Shown: positions 17,022 through 26,104, counted from the first letter of the stretch. The stretch: 37,658 bases of DNA from Parcubacteria group bacterium GW2011_GWA1_56_13 (GCA_001004905.1 LCRY01000002.1:69747-107404); one strand, 5' to 3'. A program made the numbers and translations. The notes: generated by a model not told the origin, from the sequence alone.

Positions 17022-18003
17022 TCCGGACGCGCACCTCCACGAGAAGCTGTTCACGGACGAGCTTCCGAAGGCGGCGACGCGCGACGGATTCGGCAAGGGA
17101 GCCGTCGAGGCGGGGACGGCGGACGCGCGCGTCGTCGTCTTATGTGCCGACCTCAAAGAATCCACGCGCGCGGAAGAATTCGAGAAGGCATTTCCCGAGC
17201 GCTTCGTCGAACTGGGCGTTGCGGAGCAGAATATGGCGGCGGTCGCCGCCGGCATGGCGCTCGCGGGGAAAATCCCGTTCATCGCGAGCTACGCGGTATT
17301 CAGTCCGGGGCGCAATTACGAGCAGATCCGCACGACCATCGCGCTGAACGAAGTGCCGGTCAAGATATGCGGCATGCATGCGGGCGTTTCTGTCGGGCCG
17401 GACGGCGCCACCCACCAGATGCTGGAGGATATCGGCATGATGCGGATGCTTCCGGGAATGACGGTCATCGCGCCCGGGGATGCGGAAGAAGCGAGAAAGG
17501 CGGTCGTAGCGGCGGCCCGTCTGGAAAAGCCCGTATATCTGCGTTTCGGGCGTTCGGCGACGTCAGCATTCACGACGGAGGAAACGCCGTTTGCGGTCGG
17601 CAAAGCGCTCGCGCTCTGGAACTCCGATGCCCCGAAAGCGGCACTACTCTCAACCGGTTCGTTGAGCTATGAGGCCCTGCTCGCGGTGCACGCGCTTGAG
17701 AAAGAAGGAGTGGAGACCCTCGTTCTTCATGTACCGACGATAAAACCGCTCGATACAGAGGCGATATTGGACGCGGCACAACGGGCGGGCCGCGTCATTA
17801 CGGTCGAAGAGCATCAGGCCATGGGCGGTTTCGGGAGCGCTGTGGCGGAATTCCTCGCGGAACACCACCCGGTGCCCGTCCGCCGGCTCGGCATCAGGGA
17901 CCAGTTCGGCCAATCAGGTGCTCCGGAGCAGCTTTTGGAACACTATGGGCTTGATGCGAGCGCCATCGTCAATGCCGTCAAGCATCTCATCGGTGGCCTA
18001 TGA
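17014..18003 (+). CDS. Transketolase, C-terminal subunit
   Basis: ATRDGFG, GVAEQNM, GPDGATHQMLED, PVYLRFGR, TVEEHQAMGGFGSAV. Confidence 0.95.
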   Translation: MLNPDAHLHEKLFTDELPKAATRDGFGKGAVEAGTADARVVVLCADLKESTRAEEFEKAFPERFVELGVAEQNMAAVAAGMALAGKIPFIASYAVFSPGRNYEQIRTTIALNEVPVKICGMHAGVSVGPDGATHQMLEDIGMMRMLPGMTVIAPGDAEEARKAVVAAARLEKPVYLRFGRSATSAFTTEETPFAVGKALALWNSDAPKAALLSTGSLSYEALLAVHALEKEGVETLVLHVPTIKPLDTEAILDAAQRAGRVITVEEHQAMGGFGSAVAEFLAEHHPVPVRRLGIRDQFGQSGAPEQLLEHYGLDASAIVNAVKHLIGGL

Positions 18004-18058
18004 GTTTTAAATGCACAAGCTGCGAGGCAAGCCGGACGGACCGTTGCGGTAAACGCGT

Positions 18059-18223
18059 ATGAAAGAAAAAATAAACTCCTATTTCGCGGTACTGCTCATA
18101 ACCATCGCGGGCGCGGGCGCGGCGCTTCTCATCGTCCATGTCGCGTACGACAACGCGTTGGCGAACTTCGGCGGAAGGGAAGCGGCCTACGCGCCGCTTC
18201 AAGAATCGATCCTGGGGCAGTGA
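18059..18223 (+). CDS. Small single-TM hypothetical protein, 54 aa (below the ORF-track cutoff)
   Basis: MKEKINSYFAVLLITIAGAGAALLIVHVAYDNALANFGGREAAYAPLQESILGQ; its stop abuts the stop of the convergent pfkB gene. Confidence 0.65.
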   Translation: MKEKINSYFAVLLITIAGAGAALLIVHVAYDNALANFGGREAAYAPLQESILGQ

Positions 18224-19101
18224 TCAGAACGACTCGACCCGGTACGCTGTCGGCGCTTCCGCGAGAAATTTCTCAAGCGCATCGCGGGTGAGAAGACCTT
18301 TTTGCGCGCCGACATGCTGAACGACCGACATGGCATTCACCGGTCCCCACGCGAGTGCCTCGGCAAGCGGCTTGCCGAGAGCAAGCGCGACGACGACGGT
18401 AGAAGTCATCGCGTCGCCGGCACCAGTACGGTTCTTCGGCGGCGTCGGGTCGGGGTACATCGGCACTTTGAGCATTTGCTCGCCGTCGAACGCGTACGCC
18501 CCGTTCGGGCCGTCGGTGAGGAGCGCTATCTTCGGGCCGAGCGCGCGCATGTCCCGCAAGAGTTCTTGTATGTCGCTTTCACCTGCCTTCGCAGGCAGGC
18601 CGACCCCGAGTATGCGCTCGGCCTCTTCTTTATTTACGGCGACGAGTTCGGCTGCGGCATAAAGCTCCGCCAATTTTTCTTTACCCATTTTTATCTGGAA
18701 CGTGCCGGGCTGGAATGCGAGTTTCGTTTCCGGGTGTTTACGAAGCCACTCCGCAAGTTCGGCATGGAATGCCTCCGTGTGCTCGGCGACGGAGGACAGG
18801 TACATCCATTTCGGCGGCGTGATATTTTCCGGAACGCGGTACGGGTACGCTTCATGTCGGACCAGGATGGTGCGCTCGGCGTCGTAGCAGAGCACGTAAT
18901 GATGATTGGTCGGGATGCCGTCATTAACGGCGACGTATTCCGTGTTGACGCCTTCTTTCGCGAAGGTGGCGAGGATTTCCTCGCCGAAGCGGTCCCTGCC
19001 GACATTTGAAATGAAACCGGCCGACAGACCGAGGCGGGCGGCGGCGACCGCCGCATTTGAAACTCGTCGACGACCGTGTCGCCGATGGCAATAAAGTCCA
19101 T
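18224..19101 (-). pseudogene. PfkB/ribokinase-family carbohydrate kinase with a 5' deletion and frameshift (or assembly error)
   Basis: The N-terminus MDFIAIGDTVVDEF (ATG 19101) is out of frame with SNAAVAAARLGL...VNKEEA...TDGPNGA...RTGAGDA. Junction at ~19060. Confidence 0.85.
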
Positions 19102-19124
19102 GCGTAAAGTGTAACATGGCGCAC

Positions 19125-19230
19125 CGCGCGGCAGTGCATTTTTTCGGTACGACCGTCGTTTCCTGCTGGAAACACGTCTCGCTCTCGGGCCGTCGCTCTG
19201 CGAGAGCCCGAAAAAATGCACTGCCGCGCG
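19125..19230 (-). repeat. Fold-back element A (23-bp perfect terminal inverted repeats, structured core)
   Basis: CGCGCGGCAGTGCATTTTTTCGG ... CCGAAAAAATGCACTGCCGCGCG. Inner hairpins GTTTCC-TGCT-GGAAAC and TCTCGC...GCGAGA. Confidence 0.85.
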
Positions 19231-19239
19231 AGAGCGGAA

Positions 19240-19335
19240 CAGAGCGGATATTTTGCGAACGTGCGCAAGCGCGACGGCGCGAGCCAGAGCAAATTTTCAG
19301 CGGAAAATTATGCGGTTCGCAAAATATCCGCTCTG
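19240..19335 (+). repeat. Fold-back element B (21-bp perfect terminal inverted repeats, 54-nt core)
   Basis: CAGAGCGGATATTTTGCGAAC ... GTTCGCAAAATATCCGCTCTG; core almost identical to that of 24136-24233. Confidence 0.9.
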
Positions 19336-19358
19336 TGAAGCCATGGTACTATTTTTAT

Positions 19359-20354
19359 ATGACCGATCTTGTCGCGGTAGCGCGCTCGCTTTTTGGAGAA
19401 GGCAAAGGGCTCTTGGCCGCCGATGAGAGCGTGCATACCGCGACGACGCGCCTCGCAAGCTTTGGCATCCCTGCGGGTGCGGAGATGCGCCGGCAGTTCC
19501 GCGAGCTCTTTATCGGCGCGGAGGGCATCGAACGATATCTCTCGGGCGTCATCCTCTTTCCCGAGTCGCTTACCGAAAAGGGAGATGACAAAAAGCCGTT
19601 CCCGAAATCGCTCGCCACGCGCGGCATCCTGCCGGGCGTGAAAGTTGACCTCGGCCTGGAGCCCATTGCCGCGAGCCCGCAGGAATTCATTACGAACGGG
19701 CTCATCGGCCTTCCGGAGCGTCTCGCGGAATACAAAAAGCAAGGGGCGGTGTTCAGCAAATGGCGCGCGGCGTTCCGTATTGACGGCGATACACTGCCGT
19801 CAGCCGAGGCGATGCATGAGAACGCGAAGCGCCTCGCGAGCTACGCGAAAGAGGCGCAGACGGCGGGTCTCGTGCCGATACTTGAGCCAGAAGTGCTCTA
19901 TGAGGGAACGCATAGTCGGCAAAGGTCTCGTGCGGCCATGGCGCAGGTATTCCAAATCCTTTTTTCGGTGCTCGACGAGCATGCGGTCGATTGCGCGGGT
20001 ATGGTTCTCAAGACCTCCATGGCGCTCTCGGGGAACGACAGCGGCAAGCGCGACACGCCGGAGGAAGTCGCGCTTGATACGCTGGGTTCGCTCTTGGAGC
20101 ACGTGCCGAGGCAGATCGCGGGGGTCATGTTCCTTTCCGGCGGACAAACCCCGGATCAAGCGACGGAAAATCTCGCCGCGATAAGCGGCAGGGCAAAGGA
20201 AATAGACGCTCCATGGCCACTCACGTTCTCGTACGCGCGCGCCTTGCAGGAAGAGGCACTCGCCCTCTGGAAAGGGAAAGAAGAGAACGTGTCCGCCGCC
20301 CGCGAAGCATTTCTTGCCCGCCTCGCCAAGGTGTCCGCGACCCTAAGCGCCTAG
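19359..20354 (+). CDS. Class I fructose-bisphosphate aldolase (Glycolytic family)
   Basis: GKGLLAADES, PGVKVDLG, FSKWRA, GLVPILEPEV, VLKTSM, FLSGGQT, WPLTFSYARALQ. ATG 19359 lies 6 nt after TGGTACTAT. Confidence 0.93.
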   Translation: MTDLVAVARSLFGEGKGLLAADESVHTATTRLASFGIPAGAEMRRQFRELFIGAEGIERYLSGVILFPESLTEKGDDKKPFPKSLATRGILPGVKVDLGLEPIAASPQEFITNGLIGLPERLAEYKKQGAVFSKWRAAFRIDGDTLPSAEAMHENAKRLASYAKEAQTAGLVPILEPEVLYEGTHSRQRSRAAMAQVFQILFSVLDEHAVDCAGMVLKTSMALSGNDSGKRDTPEEVALDTLGSLLEHVPRQIAGVMFLSGGQTPDQATENLAAISGRAKEIDAPWPLTFSYARALQEEALALWKGKEENVSAAREAFLARLAKVSATLSA

Positions 20355-20398
20355 GGAAGAATTGCGTTTTATGCCGGGTTCCGCTATATTCAGGTCCT

Positions 20399-21014
20399 AT
20401 GCTTACACTCGCGGTTGAAAAGCGTCCGGAAAGCGCAAAGGCGCCGGCGTTGCGCCGCGCCGGGATAGTCCCCGGCGTTGTGTATGGCGCGCATTATGCG
20501 GCGATGCCGATATCAGTCCAAGCAAGCGCCTTTGAAAAAGTGCTCCGCGAGGCGGGAGAGGCGGCTATCGTTTCGCTGTCCGGGCTCGGCGCACGTTGAT
20601 TTCTACGCGGTAACCAAGGGGGAGAAAGTCGAGGTGGCCATCCCGCTCGTGTTCGTTGGAGAATCGTCGGCGGTAGAAGCAGGGGCGAACTTGGTAAAAG
20701 TGTTGTACGAGCTCGAGGTCGAGGCGGATCCGATGAATTTGCCGCCGCACATCGAGGTGGACGTCTCTGTGCTCGCCGCGCTCGGCGACCGCATCCAGGC
20801 CAAGGACCTGCCGCTCCCGAAGGGAGTCACCCTCATGTCCGAACCCGAGGACGTCGTGGCGCTCGTTCAGGAGGTCGTGGAAGAGAAAGTGGAGGAAGTC
20901 GCCGCACCAGCGGATATCGCTTCGATCGAGGTCGAGAAGAAAGGCAAAGAAGAAGCCGCCGCGGAAGGAGCCGCGGCCGCTCCTGCGCCCGAAGAAAAGC
21001 CAGCCAAAGCATAA
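20399..21014 (+). pseudogene. rplY: 50S ribosomal protein bL25/Ctc with an internal deletion and frameshift (or assembly error)
   Basis: MLTLAVEKR...LRRAGIVPGVVYG...SLSGLG in one frame, HVDFYAV...VEVAIPLVFVGES...LPPHIEVDVS in another. The segment normally preceding HVDF is missing. Junction at ~20591. Confidence 0.88.
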
Positions 21015-21096
21015 GTGGCTGCCAGGCGGCGGCTACTTTTTGCCATACCACCACGCCAATTTCAGGATGAAATGGGCGTGGTGGTATACTTTCGAC

Positions 21097-22458
21097 ATGG
21101 TTCGGAGGGCCTTCATAGCTTGTATGTTCCTTACTGCCGCCTTCGGCGGCGTTTTGGCCCTGTCGAGCGCCGCGGCGGCCCAAGATCTCACGCCAGCTGA
21201 ACGTGCTGCGCTTCAGGCCCAATACGACCAACTCCAAAAGGAAATCGAGGCGCAGCAGAAGATCATCAAGGAGACGCAAGCAAAGAAAAACACTTTGCAG
21301 GGCGACGTTACACTGCTGAATGCGCAGATCAAGGCGGCACAGTCGCAGATTGACGCGAAAAATATCGTCATCAAACAGCTCGCCGCGCAGATAGCGAAAA
21401 AGAGCGCGGTTATCGGACAGCTCTCGGACCGCATCGAGCGCGGGAAGGAATCTCTCGGTTCGATCCTGCGCCAGACGCAAATGCTGGATGATTACTCGGT
21501 CGTAAGCGTGGCCCTCGGCGCGCAGAACGTCTCCGAATTTTTCGGCGACCTCGACGCTTTCGTTTCTCTCAAGACCGACCTGCGTGATCTGTTCGCCGAC
21601 ATTCGCGCAGCGAAAGCGCAAACCGAGACCGAGAAAGCCGAATTGGCGCTGAGGCAGAACCAGACCGCGGATGCGAAATACGAAGTGGAAACGCAGCAGA
21701 AACAGATTGCAAGCAATAAAACACAGAAACAGCAGCTACTCGCCATAACCACGAACCAGGAGGCCCAATATCAGAAAGTGCTTGCGGAACGGCAGGCAAA
21801 GGCCGCCGCGATACGTGCCGCCCTGTTCCCCCTGCGCGATGCGAGCGCCATTTCATTCGGAACGGCTCTGCAGTATGCGCAACAAGCGCAACGACTGACC
21901 GGCGTCGACCCAGCGCTCGCGCTCGCCATCCTGACCCAGGAGTCGAACCTCGGCGCGAATGTCGGGCAGTGTTATCTCACGAACGACGCGACGGGCGCCG
22001 GCGTAGGGAAGAATTCGGGCACGCCGTTCGCAAAGGTCATGGCACCGATACGCGACGTGCCCCCGTTCCTTGCTCTGGCAAGCCGGCTCGGATTCGATCC
22101 GCACCGACAGGTCGTTTCGTGCCCGATATTGAGCGCCGGGGGATGGGGAGGCGCTATGGGACCAGCTCAATTCATCCCTTCTACATGGGCGCTGTACGCC
22201 GGCCGCGTCGCGAGCGCGAACGGAGTGCCGATCGCCAATCCCTGGGATCCGAAGGATGCCATCATAGCCATGTCATTCCTTCTTGCCGACAATGGCGCGA
22301 GCACAGGGGGCTTTACGGCGGAATTCACCGCGGCGGCCCGCTATTACGCCGGCTGGGGCGGCGCCGCGACCACGGCAGGCAAGACCTATGCGACTCAAGT
22401 CATGAACACCGTAAAAAACGTCATACGGCCGAACATCGATTTCCTTTCGAATACTTAG
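21097..22458 (+). CDS. Secreted coiled-coil protein with a C-terminal lytic murein transglycosylase (SLT_2/MltB-like) domain
   Basis: Signal peptide, long Gln/Lys coiled coil, AILTQESNLG, GAMGPAQFIPSTW, NPWDPKDAI. ATG 21097 follows TGGTATACT. Confidence 0.88.
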   Translation: MVRRAFIACMFLTAAFGGVLALSSAAAAQDLTPAERAALQAQYDQLQKEIEAQQKIIKETQAKKNTLQGDVTLLNAQIKAAQSQIDAKNIVIKQLAAQIAKKSAVIGQLSDRIERGKESLGSILRQTQMLDDYSVVSVALGAQNVSEFFGDLDAFVSLKTDLRDLFADIRAAKAQTETEKAELALRQNQTADAKYEVETQQKQIASNKTQKQQLLAITTNQEAQYQKVLAERQAKAAAIRAALFPLRDASAISFGTALQYAQQAQRLTGVDPALALAILTQESNLGANVGQCYLTNDATGAGVGKNSGTPFAKVMAPIRDVPPFLALASRLGFDPHRQVVSCPILSAGGWGGAMGPAQFIPSTWALYAGRVASANGVPIANPWDPKDAIIAMSFLLADNGASTGGFTAEFTAAARYYAGWGGAATTAGKTYATQVMNTVKNVIRPNIDFLSNT

Positions 22459-22567
22459 TGTCGTTTGGTAAAAAGAAGCTCCTCACGTCGTTGTCCACTG
22501 TCGGCAGGATCCGGGAAATTCCCGCGGCGGCCGTACGGTACAATAAACGGCATCCTAACTAACCATT

Positions 22568-23153
22568 ATGCAAAAAAGAGACCTGCTTTCATCGGTTGTT
22601 TCTAAGCTTCCTGGTATTCTCGTTCTCGTCGTCGCTTTCGCCTCGGTCGCCTTCGCCTGGACCGGCCCCACCGGCACCGCACCCTCCAACAACACGCCCC
22701 CGCCGATAAACACGAGCGCCACGGCACAGACGAAGGCGGGAGGTATCAATTTTCAGAACTACGCCCACTTCACCGGCTACGGCACCGATTCCTGGTTACC
22801 TGCGCGGCCCGCTCTACTTTAACAGCGCCCTCTACGACGAAAACAACGCCGGCTACTACCTCGACCCGAACGGCACGAGCCGGATGGGCCAGGTGAACGC
22901 CGACAACACCTATACATACGGAAACGAGAACGCGAACGACTACTATATCCGCGCTTCGGGGAAATGGGCGAGCCAGCTCGGGGGCGGCGTGTCGAGTGTC
23001 GGCTTAAGCTGCTATGATGCGGCAGCTTCCTGCTGGCCCGGGAGCGGCACTAAGACTGACCGCTATTGCCAGGTGTGCGTTAACGGCGTCTGCTCCGGAT
23101 ACACCAATACGGGTAGCATACGGGATGCTTGCGACTACGGCGGATGGTACTGA
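22568..23153 (+). pseudogene. Secreted/anchored adhesin-like protein, frameshifted by a small deletion
   Basis: Signal/TM, then WTGPTGTAPSNNTPPPIN and ...GYGTDSWLP. It continues in another frame as YLRGPLYFNSALYDENNAGYYLDPNGTSRM...DYYIRASGKWASQL plus a Cys-rich tail. The two frames share TTACC at 22796-22800. Confidence 0.7.
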
Positions 23154-23175
23154 TTTTAAAAAGTAACTTTATATC

Positions 23176-23736
23176 ATGGAACAAACGTCACGTATGCCAA
23201 AAATATTAACCGTCATTCTCATCGCCGTCATAGCAGGCGGAGCCGGATGGTGGGCGGGATATTCGCAGGCGCTCGGTTTCGCGAAAGAACGCCTCGCAGG
23301 ATATCAAGTGGTCCCGCTCCCTCCCGACTCTAAAAACTTAACAGGCACCATCGAGCGTATTGATGGCGGCATGATATACGTGCGAACGCTCTTCGTAAAC
23401 CCGCTTGAAAAAGACGGGGCGAACATGGTTGCTCTGGCAACCACCGCCTCGACGACCATCGAGAAATTCGTACTGAAAGATTCCAAATCTTTTGAAACGG
23501 AAATGACGGCCTTCGCCAAAGCGGCGCAGAAAAACGCGGTCGCGCCTGTGCCCCCCGAACCGTTCACTCGGCAGGCAATACTTCTCTCCGATTTGAAGCC
23601 CGGTGAGTCAGTGTCCGTCACCACCGCCGAAAATGTCGTGGGCGCAGCGCGTCTTACGGCGACCTCGATATCTGCTACCTCGCTTATTGCCAGCTTGCCC
23701 GCCGGGCCGCAAACCTCGACCGGCAGTGCGCAATGA
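23176..23736 (+). CDS. Membrane-anchored hypothetical protein (possible OB-fold; [12 protein letters not shown] motif)
   Basis: N-terminal [12 protein letters not shown] and [11 protein letters not shown] patterns. Confidence 0.7.
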   Translation: MEQTSRMPKILTVILIAVIAGGAGWWAGYSQALGFAKERLAGYQVVPLPPDSKNLTGTIERIDGGMIYVRTLFVNPLEKDGANMVALATTASTTIEKFVLKDSKSFETEMTAFAKAAQKNAVAPVPPEPFTRQAILLSDLKPGESVSVTTAENVVGAARLTATSISATSLIASLPAGPQTSTGSAQ

Positions 23737-23833
23737 AACGCGCTTGTTTCCTCCTCCCCAGTCCCCGATTCGGTCGTCGTCAATAATCCCGCCGGTCTTC
23801 CAGGAATGGCGGGTCCGTGCTATCATCCGCGGG

Positions 23834-24082
23834 ATGAAAAAAGATATCCATCCGGCGGATTACCGCCCGGTCGTCTTTAAAGACCTCGCCTCGGGCGCGG
23901 AATTTCTCATTGGCTCGACCATCGCGACCACCGAAACGACGAAATTCGAGGGCAAAGAGTATCCGAAAGTGACCGTCGAAATATCGAGTAAGTCCCATCC
24001 GTTCTATACCGGAGAAGAGCGTACGCTTGATAAGGCCGGCCGCGTCGAGCGTTTCAAACAGCGCGCCGCAAAGAAAAAGTAG
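23834..24082 (+). CDS. rpmE: 50S ribosomal protein bL31, zinc-free type
   Basis: [40 protein letters not shown]; no Cys. Confidence 0.96.
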   Translation: MKKDIHPADYRPVVFKDLASGAEFLIGSTIATTETTKFEGKEYPKVTVEISSKSHPFYTGEERTLDKAGRVERFKQRAAKKK

Positions 24083-24135
24083 GGCGGCTCAACGGGCGGG
24101 GTGTTTTCGGGGCACGGAATATTTTCCTGCTGGAA

Positions 24136-24233
24136 GCAGGACAGATATTTTGCGGACGTGCGCAAGCGCGACGGCGCGAGCCAGAGCAAATTTTCAGCAG
24201 AAAATTATGCGGTCCGCAAAATATCTGTCCTGC
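24136..24233 (+). repeat. Fold-back element C (22-bp perfect terminal inverted repeats; same family as B)
   Basis: GCAGGACAGATATTTTGCGGAC ... GTCCGCAAAATATCTGTCCTGC; core 53/54 identical to B. Confidence 0.9.
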
Positions 24234-24263
24234 GGAGCATCTTATTTCGTGCTTTACTTACGC

Positions 24264-24420
24264 TATGGAATACTCTCCAGAATTTAAGAAGAATTTCGCG
24301 ACCCCGGTACCACAGCCGCGCGGACGCGGCTGGCTACGGGGCGGGACTCGGCATATCGTACGATAATCTTTACATGAGCGTATGGAATACTCTCCAGAAT
24401 TTAAGAAGAATTTCGCGACC
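24264..24420 (+). repeat. 40-bp perfect direct repeat of the prfA 5' end flanking a 77-bp hairpin-containing insert
   Basis: TATGGAATACTCTCCAGAATTTAAGAAGAATTTCGCGACC at 24264-24303 and 24381-24420. Confidence 0.92.
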
Positions 24421-25335
24421 GCGTACCTTGCGGAGGAATACGAACGCCTGGAAAAGGATATAACGGATGCGGTGCACGCCGCGGCCGCCGATGCCGAGCT
24501 GAAGCTCATGGCGGAGGAAGACGCTGCCCGGCTCCGGGAGCGCCAAGCCACCATCCTCGCCGAGATAGAACAGATACTCGCGAAGGAAAAAGAAGAAGTG
24601 GCCAAGCCGGTCTCGGTGGTGATGGAATTGCGCGCCGGCGCGGGCGGCGACGAGGCGGCCATCTTCGCGCGCGACTTGAAGGAGATGTACCAGAAATACG
24701 CCGAACGGCACGGATGGAAGACCCGTTTAATAGACGACCTCACGATCGAAATAGCGGGCTCGGGCGCCTACGAGGCGCTCCGCTATGAGACCGGCGTCCA
24801 CCGCGTCCAGCGAGTGCCGCTCACCGAGAAATCGGGCCGCATCCACACTTCGACCGCCTCCATCGCCGTCCTGCCTATCCGCAGCAAATCGAAGATAGAG
24901 ATACAACCCGCCGACATAGAGATGGAATTTTCGCGCAGCGGCGGCGCGGGCGGACAGAACGTGAACAAGGTCGAAACGGCTGTGCGGCTCATCCACAAGC
25001 CGACCGGCATTGACGTGCGCTCCTCCTCCGAGCGTAGCCAGAAAGCGAACCGCGATAAGGCCCTCCAGATCCTCTCCGCGAAGCTCGAACAGCTCCATGA
25101 ACAAGAAGAGGCGAAAAAACACGCGGCACAGCGCAAGGCGCAAATAGGCACCGCCGACCGCTCCGAAAAGATACGCACCTATAACTATCTGCAGGACCGC
25201 GTTACCGACCACCGGCTCAAGGAATCGTGGCACAACCTCCCCAAGATACTGGCGGGGAACATCGACGACATCGTGGACGCGCTTCATGCCGCCGCAGCCG
25301 GCGCCGGTCTCGGCGCGGCATCGGAAGACGAATGA
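24382..25335 (+). CDS. prfA: Peptide chain release factor 1
   Basis: [28 protein letters not shown] (PxT motif marks RF1), [28 protein letters not shown]; follows rpmE. Confidence 0.96.
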   Translation: MEYSPEFKKNFATAYLAEEYERLEKDITDAVHAAAADAELKLMAEEDAARLRERQATILAEIEQILAKEKEEVAKPVSVVMELRAGAGGDEAAIFARDLKEMYQKYAERHGWKTRLIDDLTIEIAGSGAYEALRYETGVHRVQRVPLTEKSGRIHTSTASIAVLPIRSKSKIEIQPADIEMEFSRSGGAGGQNVNKVETAVRLIHKPTGIDVRSSSERSQKANRDKALQILSAKLEQLHEQEEAKKHAAQRKAQIGTADRSEKIRTYNYLQDRVTDHRLKESWHNLPKILAGNIDDIVDALHAAAAGAGLGAASEDE

Positions 25336-25405
25336 TAGTCGCGAGGGGCATGCGCCTCGCTCTTTGCTTGCATTCAAGGCCGTTTTCAAGTAAAGTGGCC
25401 CGATA

Positions 25406-26104
25406 ATGGCCAGCAATGCCAACACGGCAGACGTGAAGCGCCTCTTTGACACAGGGGCGCATTTCGCGCAGGTAAAGAGCCGTCGGCACCCTTCGATGAA
25501 GCCATTCCTCGTGGGAGCGAAAGGGAGGCAGGAGATCATCGACCTGGCGAAGACCGGCGAGCAGATAGAAGCGGCGAAAACCGTCATGGCCGCGCTCGCG
25601 AAAGAAGGAAAAACGGTCCTTTTTGTGGGAGGGAAAGTGGAGATCGCCGGACTCGTGAAGAATGCCGCGCAGGCGATCGGCGCGCCGTACGTGGCAACGC
25701 GCTGGCTTGGCGGTACCATTTCCAACTGGAGCGAGATAAAGAAGCGCATCGACCGGCTCACGGAACTTTCCGAAAAGACGGCGGCAGGCACGCTCGCTAA
25801 ACAGCATACCAAGCTCGAGCTCGTGAAGCTCGACCGCGAGAAAAAGCGCCTTCTCGGGCGTCTTGACGGTATCACTACGCTCACCAAGCGACCCGACGCT
25901 CTTCTGGTCGTGGACACCAGGCACGAGAAGCATGCGGTGAAAGAAGCGAACGACGCGGGTATTCCCATCATCGCCATCATGAGCTCGGATTGCAATCTTT
26001 CAGATGCGGCGTACCCGATAGTCGCGAATGATACATCCCGAAAAACAGTGGAGCTCATACTCACCGGCCTCACCGAGGCGTTCGCGAAAGGGCAGGCCGC
26101 ATAG
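25406..26104 (+). CDS. rpsB: 30S ribosomal protein uS2
   Basis: GAHF...HPSMKPF, IIDL, RWLGGTISNW, PDALLVVD, AVKEA, PIVAND. Confidence 0.96.
   Translation: MASNANTADVKRLFDTGAHFAQVKSRRHPSMKPFLVGAKGRQEIIDLAKTGEQIEAAKTVMAALAKEGKTVLFVGGKVEIAGLVKNAAQAIGAPYVATRWLGGTISNWSEIKKRIDRLTELSEKTAAGTLAKQHTKLELVKLDREKKRLLGRLDGITTLTKRPDALLVVDTRHEKHAVKEANDAGIPIIAIMSSDCNLSDAAYPIVANDTSRKTVELILTGLTEAFAKGQAA

Noticed and set aside
19116-19358. N-terminal extension of the aldolase given by the ORF track (likewise 23603-23833 for rpmE)
   Set aside because: The extensions translate repeat elements or upstream DNA; recognisable sequence and -10 boxes point to ATG 19359 and ATG 23834.
20585-20600. Programmed ribosomal frameshifting in rplY or pfkB
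   Set aside because: No slippery sequence at the junctions, and coding sequence appears missing rather than shifted.
24727-26073. Long antisense ORFs (also 4615-5571, 4895-6022, 16155-17282, 31048-31992, 36515-37606)
   Set aside because: Shadows of well-supported genes on the opposite strand in GC-rich DNA.
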